A DNA stretch of 64,000 nt from Verrucomicrobiaceae bacterium. Its GTDB lineage: Bacteria > Verrucomicrobiota > Verrucomicrobiia > Verrucomicrobiales > Akkermansiaceae. Positions 10,109-19,933 of this stretch are shown one piece after another. The translations under genes were made by a program, and so were the position numbers. Within the stretch, counting starts at the first letter, position 1. Each line of letters opens with the position of its first letter. The notes under the pieces were generated by a model. It was not told the DNA's origin. It made no database searches and worked only from the letters and a program-made list of their open reading frames with translations. Location of the stretch: assembly GCA_051252135.1 (NCBI GenBank), contig JBPOGH010000009.1:32001-96000 (forward strand). The letters run 5' to 3'.

Positions 10109-11236
10109 ATGAATGTGCCACTCCTAGATGTTCCTGCCCAGAACGCACCCTTGAAGGATGAATTTATGCAGGCGTTTGAGTCTGTGTTGGACTCCGGGTA
10201 TTTTATCCTGGGTCCTGAGGTGGAGGGCTTTGAGGCGGAAACTGCAGCGTATCTGGATACTGCCCATACGGTTGCAGTGTCATCAGGAACAGATGCTTTG
10301 GTGGTGGCGTTGATGGCAGCGGGAGTGGGACCGGGGGATGAGGTGATTTGCCCGTCGTTTACCTTTTTTGCGACAGCGGGGAGTGTGGCGCGGTTGGGTG
10401 CGGTGCCGGTGTTTGCGGAGGTTGAGGAGGATTCGTTTAATATTGATGTGGGTTCGTGTGCGGCGTTGGTGAATGAGAGGACGAAGGCGATTATCCCGGT
10501 GCACCTTTTCGGGCGGAGCGCGGCGATGGATGAGGTGAATGCTCTGGCGAAGAAGCATTCCCTGGTGGTGATCGAGGATACGGCGCAGTCGTTGGGAGCG
10601 CGTTTCGGCGACAAGATGTGCGGGACGATGAGTGACTATGGGACGTATAGTTTTTTCCCGTCCAAAAATTTGGGAGGATTCGGGGATGGCGGGTTGGTGA
10701 GCTGTGGCAGTGAGGAGAATGCGGAGCGGGTTCGTCAGCTGAGGAATCACGGGATGTTTCCAAAGTATTATCACTCAATGGTGGGCGGGAATTTTCGGAT
10801 CGATGCACTGCAGGCAGCGCTCTTGCGCAAGAAGCTGCCGCATTTGGATTCGTACGGGCAGGGGCGTTCGGACAATGCGGCCTATTATGCGAATCGGTTT
10901 GAGTCGCTGGATGGGGAGTTGGTGAGCCCGCCTCTGCCGGGTACCGCAGGGGAAGGTGTGATCTGGAACCAGTATACCCTTCGGGTGCATCAGGGGCAGC
11001 GGGATGCGTTGAAGGAATACCTACTTGGTGAGGGTGTGGGTTGTGAAATTTATTATCCGGTTCCGCTCCATCTTCAGGAGTGCTTCAAGGGTTTGCAGAC
11101 TGCGGGTGAGGGGAAGTTGCCGGTGTCCGAAAAGCTGGCAGCCGAGGTGCTGAGCATTCCGATTTTTGCAGAGCTTGGCGAAGAACGCCGGGAACGGGTC
11201 GCCGATGTGGTGACGTCATTTTTTAGAAAAGGTTAG
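10109..11236 (+). CDS. DegT/DnrJ/EryC1/StrS family sugar aminotransferase
   Basis: [24 protein letters not shown] and [15 protein letters not shown] (PLP lysine). Confidence 0.92.
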   Translation: MNVPLLDVPAQNAPLKDEFMQAFESVLDSGYFILGPEVEGFEAETAAYLDTAHTVAVSSGTDALVVALMAAGVGPGDEVICPSFTFFATAGSVARLGAVPVFAEVEEDSFNIDVGSCAALVNERTKAIIPVHLFGRSAAMDEVNALAKKHSLVVIEDTAQSLGARFGDKMCGTMSDYGTYSFFPSKNLGGFGDGGLVSCGSEENAERVRQLRNHGMFPKYYHSMVGGNFRIDALQAALLRKKLPHLDSYGQGRSDNAAYYANRFESLDGELVSPPLPGTAGEGVIWNQYTLRVHQGQRDALKEYLLGEGVGCEIYYPVPLHLQECFKGLQTAGEGKLPVSEKLAAEVLSIPIFAELGEERRERVADVVTSFFRKG

Positions 11237-11288
11237 CGGTGCCGAGCCACCAACCCTAAGAAGCAATATCGATAAAACCTCTATATCA

Positions 11289-12224
11289 ATGAAACTATTT
11301 GTAGCCGGACACCGAGGGATGGTGGGCTCCGCCTTGGTGCGGGAGGCCCAAAAACGTGGCGGATATGACGTTCTAACCGCTACCCGGGATGAGTTAAATC
11401 TATTGGACCAAGATGCCTGTCATCGTTGGCTCGAGGAGAAAAAACCGGATCAAGTGATTATTGCGGCAGCAAAAGTGGGAGGCATTCACGCGAATTCGAC
11501 TTATCCGGCGGAATTCATCTACGAAAATTTGGTGATTGCGACCAATCTCATCGAAGGATCACGGCAAGCTGGCATTGAACGGGTATTGTTCCTGGGGAGT
11601 TCTTGTATTTATCCAAAGATGGCTCCTCAACCGATGCCCGAAAGCTGCTTGTTGACCAGTCCGCTGGAAGTGACGAACGAGGCCTACGCCATTGCCAAAA
11701 TCGCAGGGCTTAAAATGTGTCAACATTACCGGGCCCAGTATGGGTTGATGTATCACTCGGCCATGCCGACGAACCTCTACGGTCCGGGGGACAACTATCA
11801 CCCCGAGAACTCCCATGTGATTCCTGCGCTCATCCGCCGATTTCATGAGGCCAAGGAACGAGGAGACAAGGAAGTGGTGATCTGGGGAAGCGGGACTCCG
11901 CGGCGTGAATTTCTTCACGTGGATGACCTCGCGGAAGCGTGTTTTCATTTGCTTGGGCACGAATCTCCACCTGACTGGGTGAACTTGGGGGTGGGTGAGG
12001 ATGTGACGATTTTCCAACTCGCCGAACTGGTGGCAAAGACTGTTGGGTATGAGGGTGAGATCAACACTGATCCCTCCAAGCCGGATGGAACGCCCAGGAA
12101 GCTTCTGGATGTTTCACTTTTGAATGAAACTGGGTGGGCTGCCAAAATCTCACTTTCCGATGGTCTTGCAGCGGCCTATCAGGATTTCCAATCGACTCTC
12201 AACCAAGGCACTGCACGCCTGTAG
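11289..12224 (+). CDS. fcl: GDP-L-fucose synthase
   Basis: [33 protein letters not shown] and MPTNLYGP. Confidence 0.95.
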   Translation: MKLFVAGHRGMVGSALVREAQKRGGYDVLTATRDELNLLDQDACHRWLEEKKPDQVIIAAAKVGGIHANSTYPAEFIYENLVIATNLIEGSRQAGIERVLFLGSSCIYPKMAPQPMPESCLLTSPLEVTNEAYAIAKIAGLKMCQHYRAQYGLMYHSAMPTNLYGPGDNYHPENSHVIPALIRRFHEAKERGDKEVVIWGSGTPRREFLHVDDLAEACFHLLGHESPPDWVNLGVGEDVTIFQLAELVAKTVGYEGEINTDPSKPDGTPRKLLDVSLLNETGWAAKISLSDGLAAAYQDFQSTLNQGTARL

Positions 12225-12235
12225 ATTAAATTATC

Positions 12236-13354
12236 ATGAAAAAAGCACTTATCACCGGTATCACCGGTCAGGATGGATCCTACCTAGCCGAATTTCTTCT
12301 GGAAAAAGGCTACGAGGTCCACGGAATCAAGCGCCGCGCTTCCTCGTTTAATACCGAACGGGTGGATCACATTTATGAAGATCCGCATGTCGAAAGTGCG
12401 CGTTTTAAACTCCACTACGGAGATCTTACCGACACCTCGAATTTGACCCGGATCATCAGTGAAATTGAGCCTGATGAAGTCTACAATCTGGGTGCCCAGT
12501 CACACGTCGCGGTCTCGTTCGAATCTCCGGAGTATACGGCTGACGTTGATGCCATCGGCACCCTTCGTCTGCTTGAAGCGATTCGATTTTTGGGTCTTGA
12601 GAAGAAGACGCGTTTTTACCAGGCATCGACCTCAGAACTCTACGGTCTTGTGCAAGAGGTTCCTCAAAAGGAAACCACGCCCTTCTACCCGCGATCCCCG
12701 TATGCAGCAGCAAAGATGTATGCGTATTGGATTACCGTAAACTACCGGGAATCGTACGGGATGTATGCCTGTAACGGGATTCTTTTTAATCACGAGTCCC
12801 CCCGTCGTGGTGAGACATTTGTGACCCGCAAGATCACGCGCGCGGTAGCAAACATCGCGTTAGGGCTCGAGAAGTGCCTGTTTCTTGGAAACATGGATGC
12901 TCTTCGGGATTGGGGACATGCGAAGGACTATGTCCGCATGCAGTGGATGATGCTTCAACAGGATCAGCCGGATGATTTCGTTATTGCCACCGGAAAGCAG
13001 ATTTCCGTGCGCGAATTTGTCCAGCTTTCGGCCAAGGAAGCGGGGATTGAATTGACCTTCACCGGCGAAGGGGTTGATGAGATCGCGACTGTTGCTGCAG
13101 TAGATAACGAGAAGGCTCCCGCGGTTAAGGTTGGCGACGTAATCGTGAAAGTGGATCCCCGCTATTTCCGCCCTGCAGAAGTGGAAACCCTTCTGGGCGA
13201 TCCTACGAAAGCCAAGGAAGAGTTGGGCTGGGTCCCTGAAATCACCGTTGAGGAAATGTGCGCCGAAATGGTAGCGCATGATCTGGAGAAAGCGAAACAA
13301 CACGCCCTTCTTAAGAAGCACGGACATAAGGTGTCCGTTGCAACCGAAGGCTAA
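12236..13354 (+). CDS. gmd: GDP-mannose 4,6-dehydratase
   Basis: [25 protein letters not shown] and [17 protein letters not shown]. Confidence 0.97.
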   Translation: MKKALITGITGQDGSYLAEFLLEKGYEVHGIKRRASSFNTERVDHIYEDPHVESARFKLHYGDLTDTSNLTRIISEIEPDEVYNLGAQSHVAVSFESPEYTADVDAIGTLRLLEAIRFLGLEKKTRFYQASTSELYGLVQEVPQKETTPFYPRSPYAAAKMYAYWITVNYRESYGMYACNGILFNHESPRRGETFVTRKITRAVANIALGLEKCLFLGNMDALRDWGHAKDYVRMQWMMLQQDQPDDFVIATGKQISVREFVQLSAKEAGIELTFTGEGVDEIATVAAVDNEKAPAVKVGDVIVKVDPRYFRPAEVETLLGDPTKAKEELGWVPEITVEEMCAEMVAHDLEKAKQHALLKKHGHKVSVATEG

Positions 13355-13361
13355 TACGCAA

Positions 13362-14120
13362 GTGCAGAGCACACCCACAACCCGCGAGGTCCTTGGTTTC
13401 CCGGTTGCTGTTACCAGCTATGCCGGTGCTGCCAGGTGGAGCATCGATTCCGCGTCTCGAGGTGACCGGGCCTATGCGGTCAGTGCCGCGAATACCCATG
13501 TCCTTTCCCTGGCTCGCCAAAGTGAAAAATTTGGTCGGGCGATGGAAAGATTTGATCTGATTTGTCCTGATGGCACCCCGTTGCTCTGGACGGTTAATGC
13601 GCAGCTGAAAGCATCCGAGAAGCTTGAAGACAGGGTTTACGGTCCCACATTGATGCTCAAGCTCATGGAGGAGTCCGAGGGGGAGGCAGACAAGTCCCAT
13701 TTTCTGCTCGGAGGAAAACAAGAGACACTCGACAAGCTATCGTCTCGTTTCGACAAGAATGTCATCGCGGGAGTCTACTCTCCGCCGTTTGGTGAATGGC
13801 CTGCTGATGAGCATGAAAAGATCAAGAAGCTGATCCGTGAATCAAAGGCGCGTTTTGTTTGGGTGGGGCTAGGATGTCCGAAGCAGGAGCAATGGATTGC
13901 CGATCATTTGGATACCCTTCCTCCTGCGGTTTACTTTGGGATTGGTGCCGCCTTTGCCTTTCACGCAGGAGAGGTGAAACAAGCCCCCGCGTGGATTCAA
14001 AAGTGGGGGCTCGAATGGCTTTTCAGGCTGTGCGCTGAGCCCCGAAGACTGTGGAAGCGTTACGCAGTGTACAATAGTTTGTTTCTCTACTTCACCATCA
14101 AAGACCGAATCCGTGGCTGA
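13362..14120 (+). CDS. WecB/TagA/CpsF family glycosyltransferase (GT26)
   Basis: PDG..., RVYGPTLM, WVGLGCPKQE and GLEWLFRL..EPRRLWKRY. Start uncertain; GTG 13362 chosen. Confidence 0.9.
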   Translation: MQSTPTTREVLGFPVAVTSYAGAARWSIDSASRGDRAYAVSAANTHVLSLARQSEKFGRAMERFDLICPDGTPLLWTVNAQLKASEKLEDRVYGPTLMLKLMEESEGEADKSHFLLGGKQETLDKLSSRFDKNVIAGVYSPPFGEWPADEHEKIKKLIRESKARFVWVGLGCPKQEQWIADHLDTLPPAVYFGIGAAFAFHAGEVKQAPAWIQKWGLEWLFRLCAEPRRLWKRYAVYNSLFLYFTIKDRIRG

Positions 14121-14697
14121 AAACATCCACACCCAGTTTCACCGGTTCGTCTCTCCGGATGAAAAAGAGGAGCTATTGGGGCAGAAGGGCGCTGTTCTTT
14201 GGTTGTATGGCCTTTCCGGATCCGGAAAGTCGACAATTGCTGCTGCGGTCGAGCGTCATCTGCACGATAACGGTCGATTTGTTGTTATCCTGGACGGAGA
14301 CAACTTTCGTCACGGGCTGAATGCTGATTTGGGCTTCAGCGATGAAGATCGGAGGGAGAATGTGCGCAGGGTGGCGGAAGTGGCCAAAATGCTGTCCACA
14401 CAGGGGGTCATTGTATTGGTTTCGGTGATCAGTCCCAAACAAGCTCTGCGGGAGTCCGCTCGTGCGATCATTGGGGACGCATTTCGAGATATTTTCATTA
14501 AAGCGTCCTATGAAACTTGTGCAGCGCGGGATCCCAAAGGCCTCTATGCCAAGGTTGCCGCAGGAGAGATTAAGCAGTTTACCGGGAAAGACAGTGGCTT
14601 TGAAGAGCCTGATTCTCCGGACCTCATCATTGACACCGAAGAGTTGACTCCCACGGAAGCGATCCCACGGGTTACAGCTCTTTTGAGTGGATGCTAA
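14113..14697 (+). CDS. cysC: Adenylyl-sulfate kinase
   Basis: GLSGSGKST, LDGDN.R.GL, RDPKGLYAK and FTG.DS.FEEP. Confidence 0.95.
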   Translation: MAENIHTQFHRFVSPDEKEELLGQKGAVLWLYGLSGSGKSTIAAAVERHLHDNGRFVVILDGDNFRHGLNADLGFSDEDRRENVRRVAEVAKMLSTQGVIVLVSVISPKQALRESARAIIGDAFRDIFIKASYETCAARDPKGLYAKVAAGEIKQFTGKDSGFEEPDSPDLIIDTEELTPTEAIPRVTALLSGC

Positions 14698-14704
14698 AAA
14701 AATA

Positions 14705-14734
14705 TTGCATTTTTGGCAGGCCCAACGTAGCCCT
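14705..14734 (+). promoter_or_regulatory. Possible internal sigma70-type promoter upstream of cysD
   Basis: TTGCAT-17 bp-TAGCCC(T) in an 81-bp spacer with an A-tract upstream. The -10 match is weak. Confidence 0.3.
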
Positions 14735-14778
14735 TTGGCGCAGTTAAACCTGACTAACCTGAGTAACAAACTCAACAA

Positions 14779-15684
14779 ATGAGCGATTACAACCTTAGCC
14801 ACCTCGATCAGCTCGAGGCAGAGGCCATTTTTATCCTGAGAGAAACGGCGGCCCAATTTGAGAATCCGGGCCTCCTCTTTTCCGCGGGAAAAGATTCCAT
14901 TGTCATGGCGCACATCGCCCGGAAGGCATTCTATCCGGCTAGAATCCCGTTCCCGCTTGTTCATGTTGATACAGGACACAATTTTCCAGAAACCATCGAA
15001 TTTAGGGATGCCTATGCGGAAAAAATTGGAGCACGGCTTCATGTTGGGCTGGTTCAGGATTCGATTGATAAAGGCACGGCAGTAGAGGAAACGGGACTGA
15101 ATGCTTCACGCAACAAGCTACAAACCGTAACCCTACTTGAGACAATCGAAGAGCAGCAATACGATGCGGTGTTGGGCGGAGGACGTCGAGATGAGGAAAA
15201 GGCGAGAGCAAAGGAGCGCTTCTTTTCCCACCGGAACGATTTCGGTGAATGGGATCCCAAGAATCAGCGCCCGGAACTCTGGAATCTTTTTAACGGGCGG
15301 AAGCAACTGGGTGAGCATTTCAGGGTTTTCCCCCTCTCAAACTTCACTGAGATGGATGTTTGGATGTATATGCGCCGTGAGGGTATTGAACTTCCAAGTC
15401 TGTATTATTCCCATGAACGGGACACGATCATCCGGAACGGAGTGATTCTGGCGGTCTCGGAATTTGTGCAGCCGCGCGAAGGAGAGGTGGTCGAGAAGAA
15501 GAGAATTCGTTTCCGGACAATGGGAGATGCGACAATTACCGGTGCGGTAGAAAGCGACGCTGACACCATGGAAAAGATCATTGAGGAAGTTGCTGCGGCC
15601 CGCCAAACCGAGAGGGGGAATCGGGCTGATGACAAGCGCTCCGAAACAGCAATGGAAGACCGGAAGAAAGAAGGGTATTTTTAG
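14779..15684 (+). CDS. cysD: Sulfate adenylyltransferase subunit 2
   Basis: FSAGKDS, GGGRRDEEKARAKER, WDPKNQRPELW and MEDRKKEGYF. Confidence 0.96.
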   Translation: MSDYNLSHLDQLEAEAIFILRETAAQFENPGLLFSAGKDSIVMAHIARKAFYPARIPFPLVHVDTGHNFPETIEFRDAYAEKIGARLHVGLVQDSIDKGTAVEETGLNASRNKLQTVTLLETIEEQQYDAVLGGGRRDEEKARAKERFFSHRNDFGEWDPKNQRPELWNLFNGRKQLGEHFRVFPLSNFTEMDVWMYMRREGIELPSLYYSHERDTIIRNGVILAVSEFVQPREGEVVEKKRIRFRTMGDATITGAVESDADTMEKIIEEVAAARQTERGNRADDKRSETAMEDRKKEGYF

Positions 15685-15714
15685 GATCGAATGGGGTAGA
15701 CTCCAAGCGCTCAA

Positions 15715-17013
15715 ATGATGAAAACTCTCTTAACGCTCATAATGATCCTCCTGGTGGGGAGCCTATCGGCATTGACCCTCGCCGAGCTCCAGCTCACTTT
15801 TGAGATTAATCGTCAGAAAATTGACCAGGCTCAGACCGACAAACTGGTTAATCTGCGCAATAGCTACAAAACTGCCCTTACGAGACTTCAAGGTAAGTAT
15901 CAAAAAGCAGGAAAGCTGGATGACGCACTCATGGCCAAAAACGAGGTGAGGCTTGTCACATCGGCGATTTGGCCAATACCGGCCCTCCCAAAAGAGGCAC
16001 CCTCCGACCTGACTTCTGCCAGAAAAATTTATCTCAAAAACAATCTGGGAATTCAGAAGGAATATGGAACCGAGTTGATCAAAATCGTAGATCGAATGGA
16101 TGATCTCCTCGAAAAACAGATTATCGAGCTCACGAAGTCCGGAGAACTTGAAGACGCCAAAAGCGCCAGAACCTACCAAACCTCTCTTCGCAATGACGCC
16201 GAAATCCAAGCGGCCAGAACACTGTTGAGCCGAGGCAGTATCAACGGTTCCACACCGGTCGCGATGAGAATTAGGCGGGCGGGAGACGATCTTGAAGTCC
16301 TTGTTCGCTACGATGCCAGTGGAAAAATAAGTCCTCAAAGTCCGGTGGAAAACGTTTCCGAAAAGACCAAAGGCAAAGACGTAAAGGGGGACACCAAAGC
16401 AACAGTACTTGGGGAATTCATTGGAAGCAAAGGCCACACCGTTGATCCCTACATCGCCCTCAATAAGGTCTTCGATGATCGGGAACTGGATCCCATTCGA
16501 GTTTCCGATATGGAAGTTGACTTCCTCAAAGAGGATGAGGGACAAGTCGGAGCGAGATTCAAGTTCACCGACAATCCGAAAAACCCCTATGTGAGTCTGG
16601 GCTACTGCCTTCCAAACCTGGCTGAGAAAGGCAGCTTTCGAATTACCATCAGCTATTTTGTTCCCAAGACAAACGAAGGTCTTACCGGTTTTAAGCTCAT
16701 TCGAGGCGTAGGCGCCGCAATACCCGGGAGTGACGCCAATAAACAAGGATCCTGGCAAACCTTTGAGGGTAGCGGGACTTCGATCAACGAGCACAAGAGT
16801 CTTCTGCTTTACCTGACAAAATCTCCGAAGGTGAAAGGTGCCGTTGATCCCGGAGAGTTCGTTAGTCTGGGATCGGTCAACGTCGCCCACACCGCCTTTA
16901 CGGCATACGCCGTGGAGCGTTTTGACAAAGACGGGGCAATAACAGAAGCGTTTCTCGACGCGGCGGACCAAAAGCCAATCTCCCTTAACGGAGAACTCCT
17001 TCCCCAACCCTAA
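15715..17013 (+). CDS. Hypothetical secreted protein (helical repeat N-terminus, predicted beta-rich C-terminus)
   Basis: 432-aa ORF with a signal peptide that fills the cysD-cysN gap. Two copies of an L....K.G.L.DA....  helical motif. Confidence 0.7.
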   Translation: MMKTLLTLIMILLVGSLSALTLAELQLTFEINRQKIDQAQTDKLVNLRNSYKTALTRLQGKYQKAGKLDDALMAKNEVRLVTSAIWPIPALPKEAPSDLTSARKIYLKNNLGIQKEYGTELIKIVDRMDDLLEKQIIELTKSGELEDAKSARTYQTSLRNDAEIQAARTLLSRGSINGSTPVAMRIRRAGDDLEVLVRYDASGKISPQSPVENVSEKTKGKDVKGDTKATVLGEFIGSKGHTVDPYIALNKVFDDRELDPIRVSDMEVDFLKEDEGQVGARFKFTDNPKNPYVSLGYCLPNLAEKGSFRITISYFVPKTNEGLTGFKLIRGVGAAIPGSDANKQGSWQTFEGSGTSINEHKSLLLYLTKSPKVKGAVDPGEFVSLGSVNVAHTAFTAYAVERFDKDGAITEAFLDAADQKPISLNGELLPQP

Positions 17014-17040
17014 TACGGCCCCTCCACCACTTTAGATACC

Positions 17041-18285
17041 ATGGACCTTCTTCGTTTCACCACTGCCGGCTCTGTCGATGACGGCAAGTCCACCCTGATC
17101 GGCCGTCTCCTTTATGATTCCAAGTCTATTTTTGAGGATCAAATGGAGGCCATTGAAGAATCATCACGCAAAAAGGGAGATGAGAAAGTCAACCTGGCAC
17201 TCCTTACGGATGGGTTGAAGGCCGAGAGGGAACAGGGCATCACCATCGATGTCGCCTATCGCTATTTTGCGACCCCCAAGCGCAAATTTATCATCGCGGA
17301 CACTCCCGGGCATATTCAGTACACGCGGAATATGGTGACGGGCGCATCGACCGCAAATCTCGCCATTATTCTCATCGACGCACGCAAAGGGGTCATTGAG
17401 CAGACGAAGAGGCACACCTTTATCGCAAATCTCCTGAGGATTCAGCATGTGGTGGTCGCAGTGAATAAGATGGATTTGGTCGACTACTCCCAAGAGGTGT
17501 ATGATTCGATCGTAACAGATTACAAAGCTTTCGCCTCGCGGCTGGACAATATTGTCGATATTACGCCAATCCCGATCTCAGCCCTGAACGGTGACAATAT
17601 CGTAAATAAGTCGACCAAGATGGACTGGTTCGAGGGATCCAGCTTACTGTATCATCTGGAGACTGTTTATGTGGGGGGGGATGAGAACCATGTTCAGGCC
17701 CGTTTTCCGGTGCAGTGGGTCGTGAGACCGCAGACTGATGAGTTTCACGACTTCCGGGGATATGCCGGGAGGGTCGCGGGTGGTGTGTTTAAACCCGGAG
17801 ATGAGGTGAAGGTTCTTCCTTCGGGATTTTCGACGAAAATCAAGAAGCTCTACATTAACGATCAGGAGTTAGCCGAAGCCTACGCTCCACAATCAGTTAC
17901 AATGACGCTCGAAAACGATGTCGATCTGTCGAGGGGAGACATGGTTGTTAAGCAAAATAATCCGCCTCATCAGAAGCAGGACATTGAGGCCATGATTTGC
18001 TGGTTCTCGCATACCCCTCTGGCACAGCGTGACAAGTTCATCATTCGGCACACAACGAATGAAACGAAAGTGATTGTTCAGGAGATCAAATACAAAATTG
18101 ATATTAACAATCTGAGAAAAATTGAGGATGATAGTGGGTTCACATTGAACGAGATTGGGCGCGTATCGCTCCGGACAGCCGCGCCCTTGTTTTACGATTC
18201 CTACAACAAGAATCGTCAAACAGGATCATTCATCCTGATCGATCCCAGGACCAATGAAACGGTCGCAGCGGGGATGATTGAGTAA
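17041..18285 (+). CDS. cysN: Sulfate adenylyltransferase subunit 1 (GTPase)
   Basis: GSVDDGKSTLIGRLL, EREQGITIDVAY, DTPGH and NKMD. Confidence 0.96.
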   Translation: MDLLRFTTAGSVDDGKSTLIGRLLYDSKSIFEDQMEAIEESSRKKGDEKVNLALLTDGLKAEREQGITIDVAYRYFATPKRKFIIADTPGHIQYTRNMVTGASTANLAIILIDARKGVIEQTKRHTFIANLLRIQHVVVAVNKMDLVDYSQEVYDSIVTDYKAFASRLDNIVDITPIPISALNGDNIVNKSTKMDWFEGSSLLYHLETVYVGGDENHVQARFPVQWVVRPQTDEFHDFRGYAGRVAGGVFKPGDEVKVLPSGFSTKIKKLYINDQELAEAYAPQSVTMTLENDVDLSRGDMVVKQNNPPHQKQDIEAMICWFSHTPLAQRDKFIIRHTTNETKVIVQEIKYKIDINNLRKIEDDSGFTLNEIGRVSLRTAAPLFYDSYNKNRQTGSFILIDPRTNETVAAGMIE

Positions 18286-18420
18286 AATTTTTGTATTAGG
18301 CAATACAGAGTTGGGGGGGATTGCACCCGCAGTGCGATTCCTTACCTTTGAGGCAGCGATAAAGCCTTCCGAAGGCTTGGGCAATCCGGAATAAAATCCC
18401 GCTATGCGGGGTTTGCCAAT
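18286..18420 (+). other. Structured intergenic region with four tandem hairpins
   Basis: Hairpins at 18289-18310, 18316-18342, 18362-18378 (perfect 7 bp) and 18394-18414. Confidence 0.45.
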
Positions 18421-18427
18421 CAACCAG

Positions 18428-19933
18428 ATGGCAGAAAAATCAACAAGTTCTGTTAGGACGATGTATGCCTCCTGGGCACTGCTTGCCAGCGTTACGGTGA
18501 CGTCACTTCTGTCGCTGAAAATTTCTTTTAATTACATAAGTAAAGAGGAGCTGGGGCTCTGGATCCTCATTAGGCAGACCATTGGATATTTGGTCCTATT
18601 GGATTTTGGAATCAGTGGTTCGATAGGCAGAATCCTTTCAAAATCCATCCACGGTGAAGAAGGAGAGGGGCTGGACCGCAAATTGAGTAACATTAGACTT
18701 ATTCTAATCGTTCAGGTTGTGGTCATTGTCCTGCTGGCTTACATCATTGGCGGAAGGCTCGATGGGTGGTTTGAGCTTGGAGACGAGCTTGCAGGAGAGG
18801 GAAGAAAGCTCCTTTACGCGGTCGCAGTGGCCGCCTGTTTCCGGCAGCTTTTCAGGCTCCAGGAAGGGTATCTCTACGCAAAAGACAAATTTTATCTCGT
18901 CTGCACCATTGGGGCGGCGGGGGCCTGGTTTGAGTTGCTATTTCAATGGTTCTTTTATGAGCAGGGGCATGGAATTACCTCTTTGGCGTTTGCCCAAATT
19001 GTCAGCGCCCTGTTCGTGGTGGCGTTACTAATATATCACAGTAACAGACAGGATTTTAAGGGAGGGTTCAGCCTGAGTTTGGTGAGACTGGGGGAGATGA
19101 AAATCATTCTCGGCTATAGCGTGAACATGTTTGTCATTGGGTTTTTCGCCCAGGTTCTGTTTATCAGCCAACCTCTGATTGTGGGGTTCTTACACGGTCT
19201 GGAAGCGACGACCCGATTCAGTATCAACATAAGATCGGGTGGATTTGTGAGATTGTTCTTGGCCCGGATCGTTGAGTCTTTTGTTCCATACTGGCAAATT
19301 AAATATGATAAGGGAGAAATCAAAGCACTCGCAGCCGATTGGGGATCCAAGGTTCAAAGGGTTCTTGCGCTGAGTCTTTTAGGGGGAATTTTCCTGGCGA
19401 TCGGAAACAAGATTTTTGTGCGGATCATCTCCGAGGAAGGGATTTACGTTTCCCAATCCTTCGATGTTTGGAACACCGTGTTCATCATCACCCACGTTTG
19501 GATCGGCATGCTTACCTATCCTTTCATTTTGGCGATGCATGTCCGAACGCGGGCTGTGGTATCGGCAATTCAGGTGGTTGTCGCGTTGTCACTCGCATTC
19601 GTTTTTGGAAATGCGTTTGGCAGTTCAGGTGTCTTGATCGGAATACTATTGGGCATTCTGGGGACCGGGGGCATTTATAATATGCTGCAGTCGCCCCGCT
19701 GCCTCCAGGAATCCGGCAAGTGGCTGGTGATCACTGCCATAAAGCCAAACCTGATAATGATCAGCTGGTTCATAATCGTCATGGTGCATCACGCGTTTAC
19801 CGATATGTCTGCGGTTAAGATCATTATCCAGTGTGTGATGCTGTTGGCCTCTGTTGCCCTGTTCGTGCTATTGAATAAGGATTTTGCGCTGGAGATTTAT
19901 AGGACGCTTACCAGGAGGTTTCGTAAAGCATGA
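18428..19933 (+). CDS. Wzx-type oligosaccharide flippase
   Basis: About 500 aa, polytopic, with ELGLW..I.....Y..LLDFGIS. Context of a polysaccharide locus. Confidence 0.82.
   Translation: MAEKSTSSVRTMYASWALLASVTVTSLLSLKISFNYISKEELGLWILIRQTIGYLVLLDFGISGSIGRILSKSIHGEEGEGLDRKLSNIRLILIVQVVVIVLLAYIIGGRLDGWFELGDELAGEGRKLLYAVAVAACFRQLFRLQEGYLYAKDKFYLVCTIGAAGAWFELLFQWFFYEQGHGITSLAFAQIVSALFVVALLIYHSNRQDFKGGFSLSLVRLGEMKIILGYSVNMFVIGFFAQVLFISQPLIVGFLHGLEATTRFSINIRSGGFVRLFLARIVESFVPYWQIKYDKGEIKALAADWGSKVQRVLALSLLGGIFLAIGNKIFVRIISEEGIYVSQSFDVWNTVFIITHVWIGMLTYPFILAMHVRTRAVVSAIQVVVALSLAFVFGNAFGSSGVLIGILLGILGTGGIYNMLQSPRCLQESGKWLVITAIKPNLIMISWFIIVMVHHAFTDMSAVKIIIQCVMLLASVALFVLLNKDFALEIYRTLTRRFRKA

Noticed and set aside
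15763..17007. 414-aa minus-strand ORF opposite the orphan gene
   Set aside because: The + strand ORF has a signal peptide, repeat structure and operon-consistent spacing. The antisense ORF has no protein-like features.
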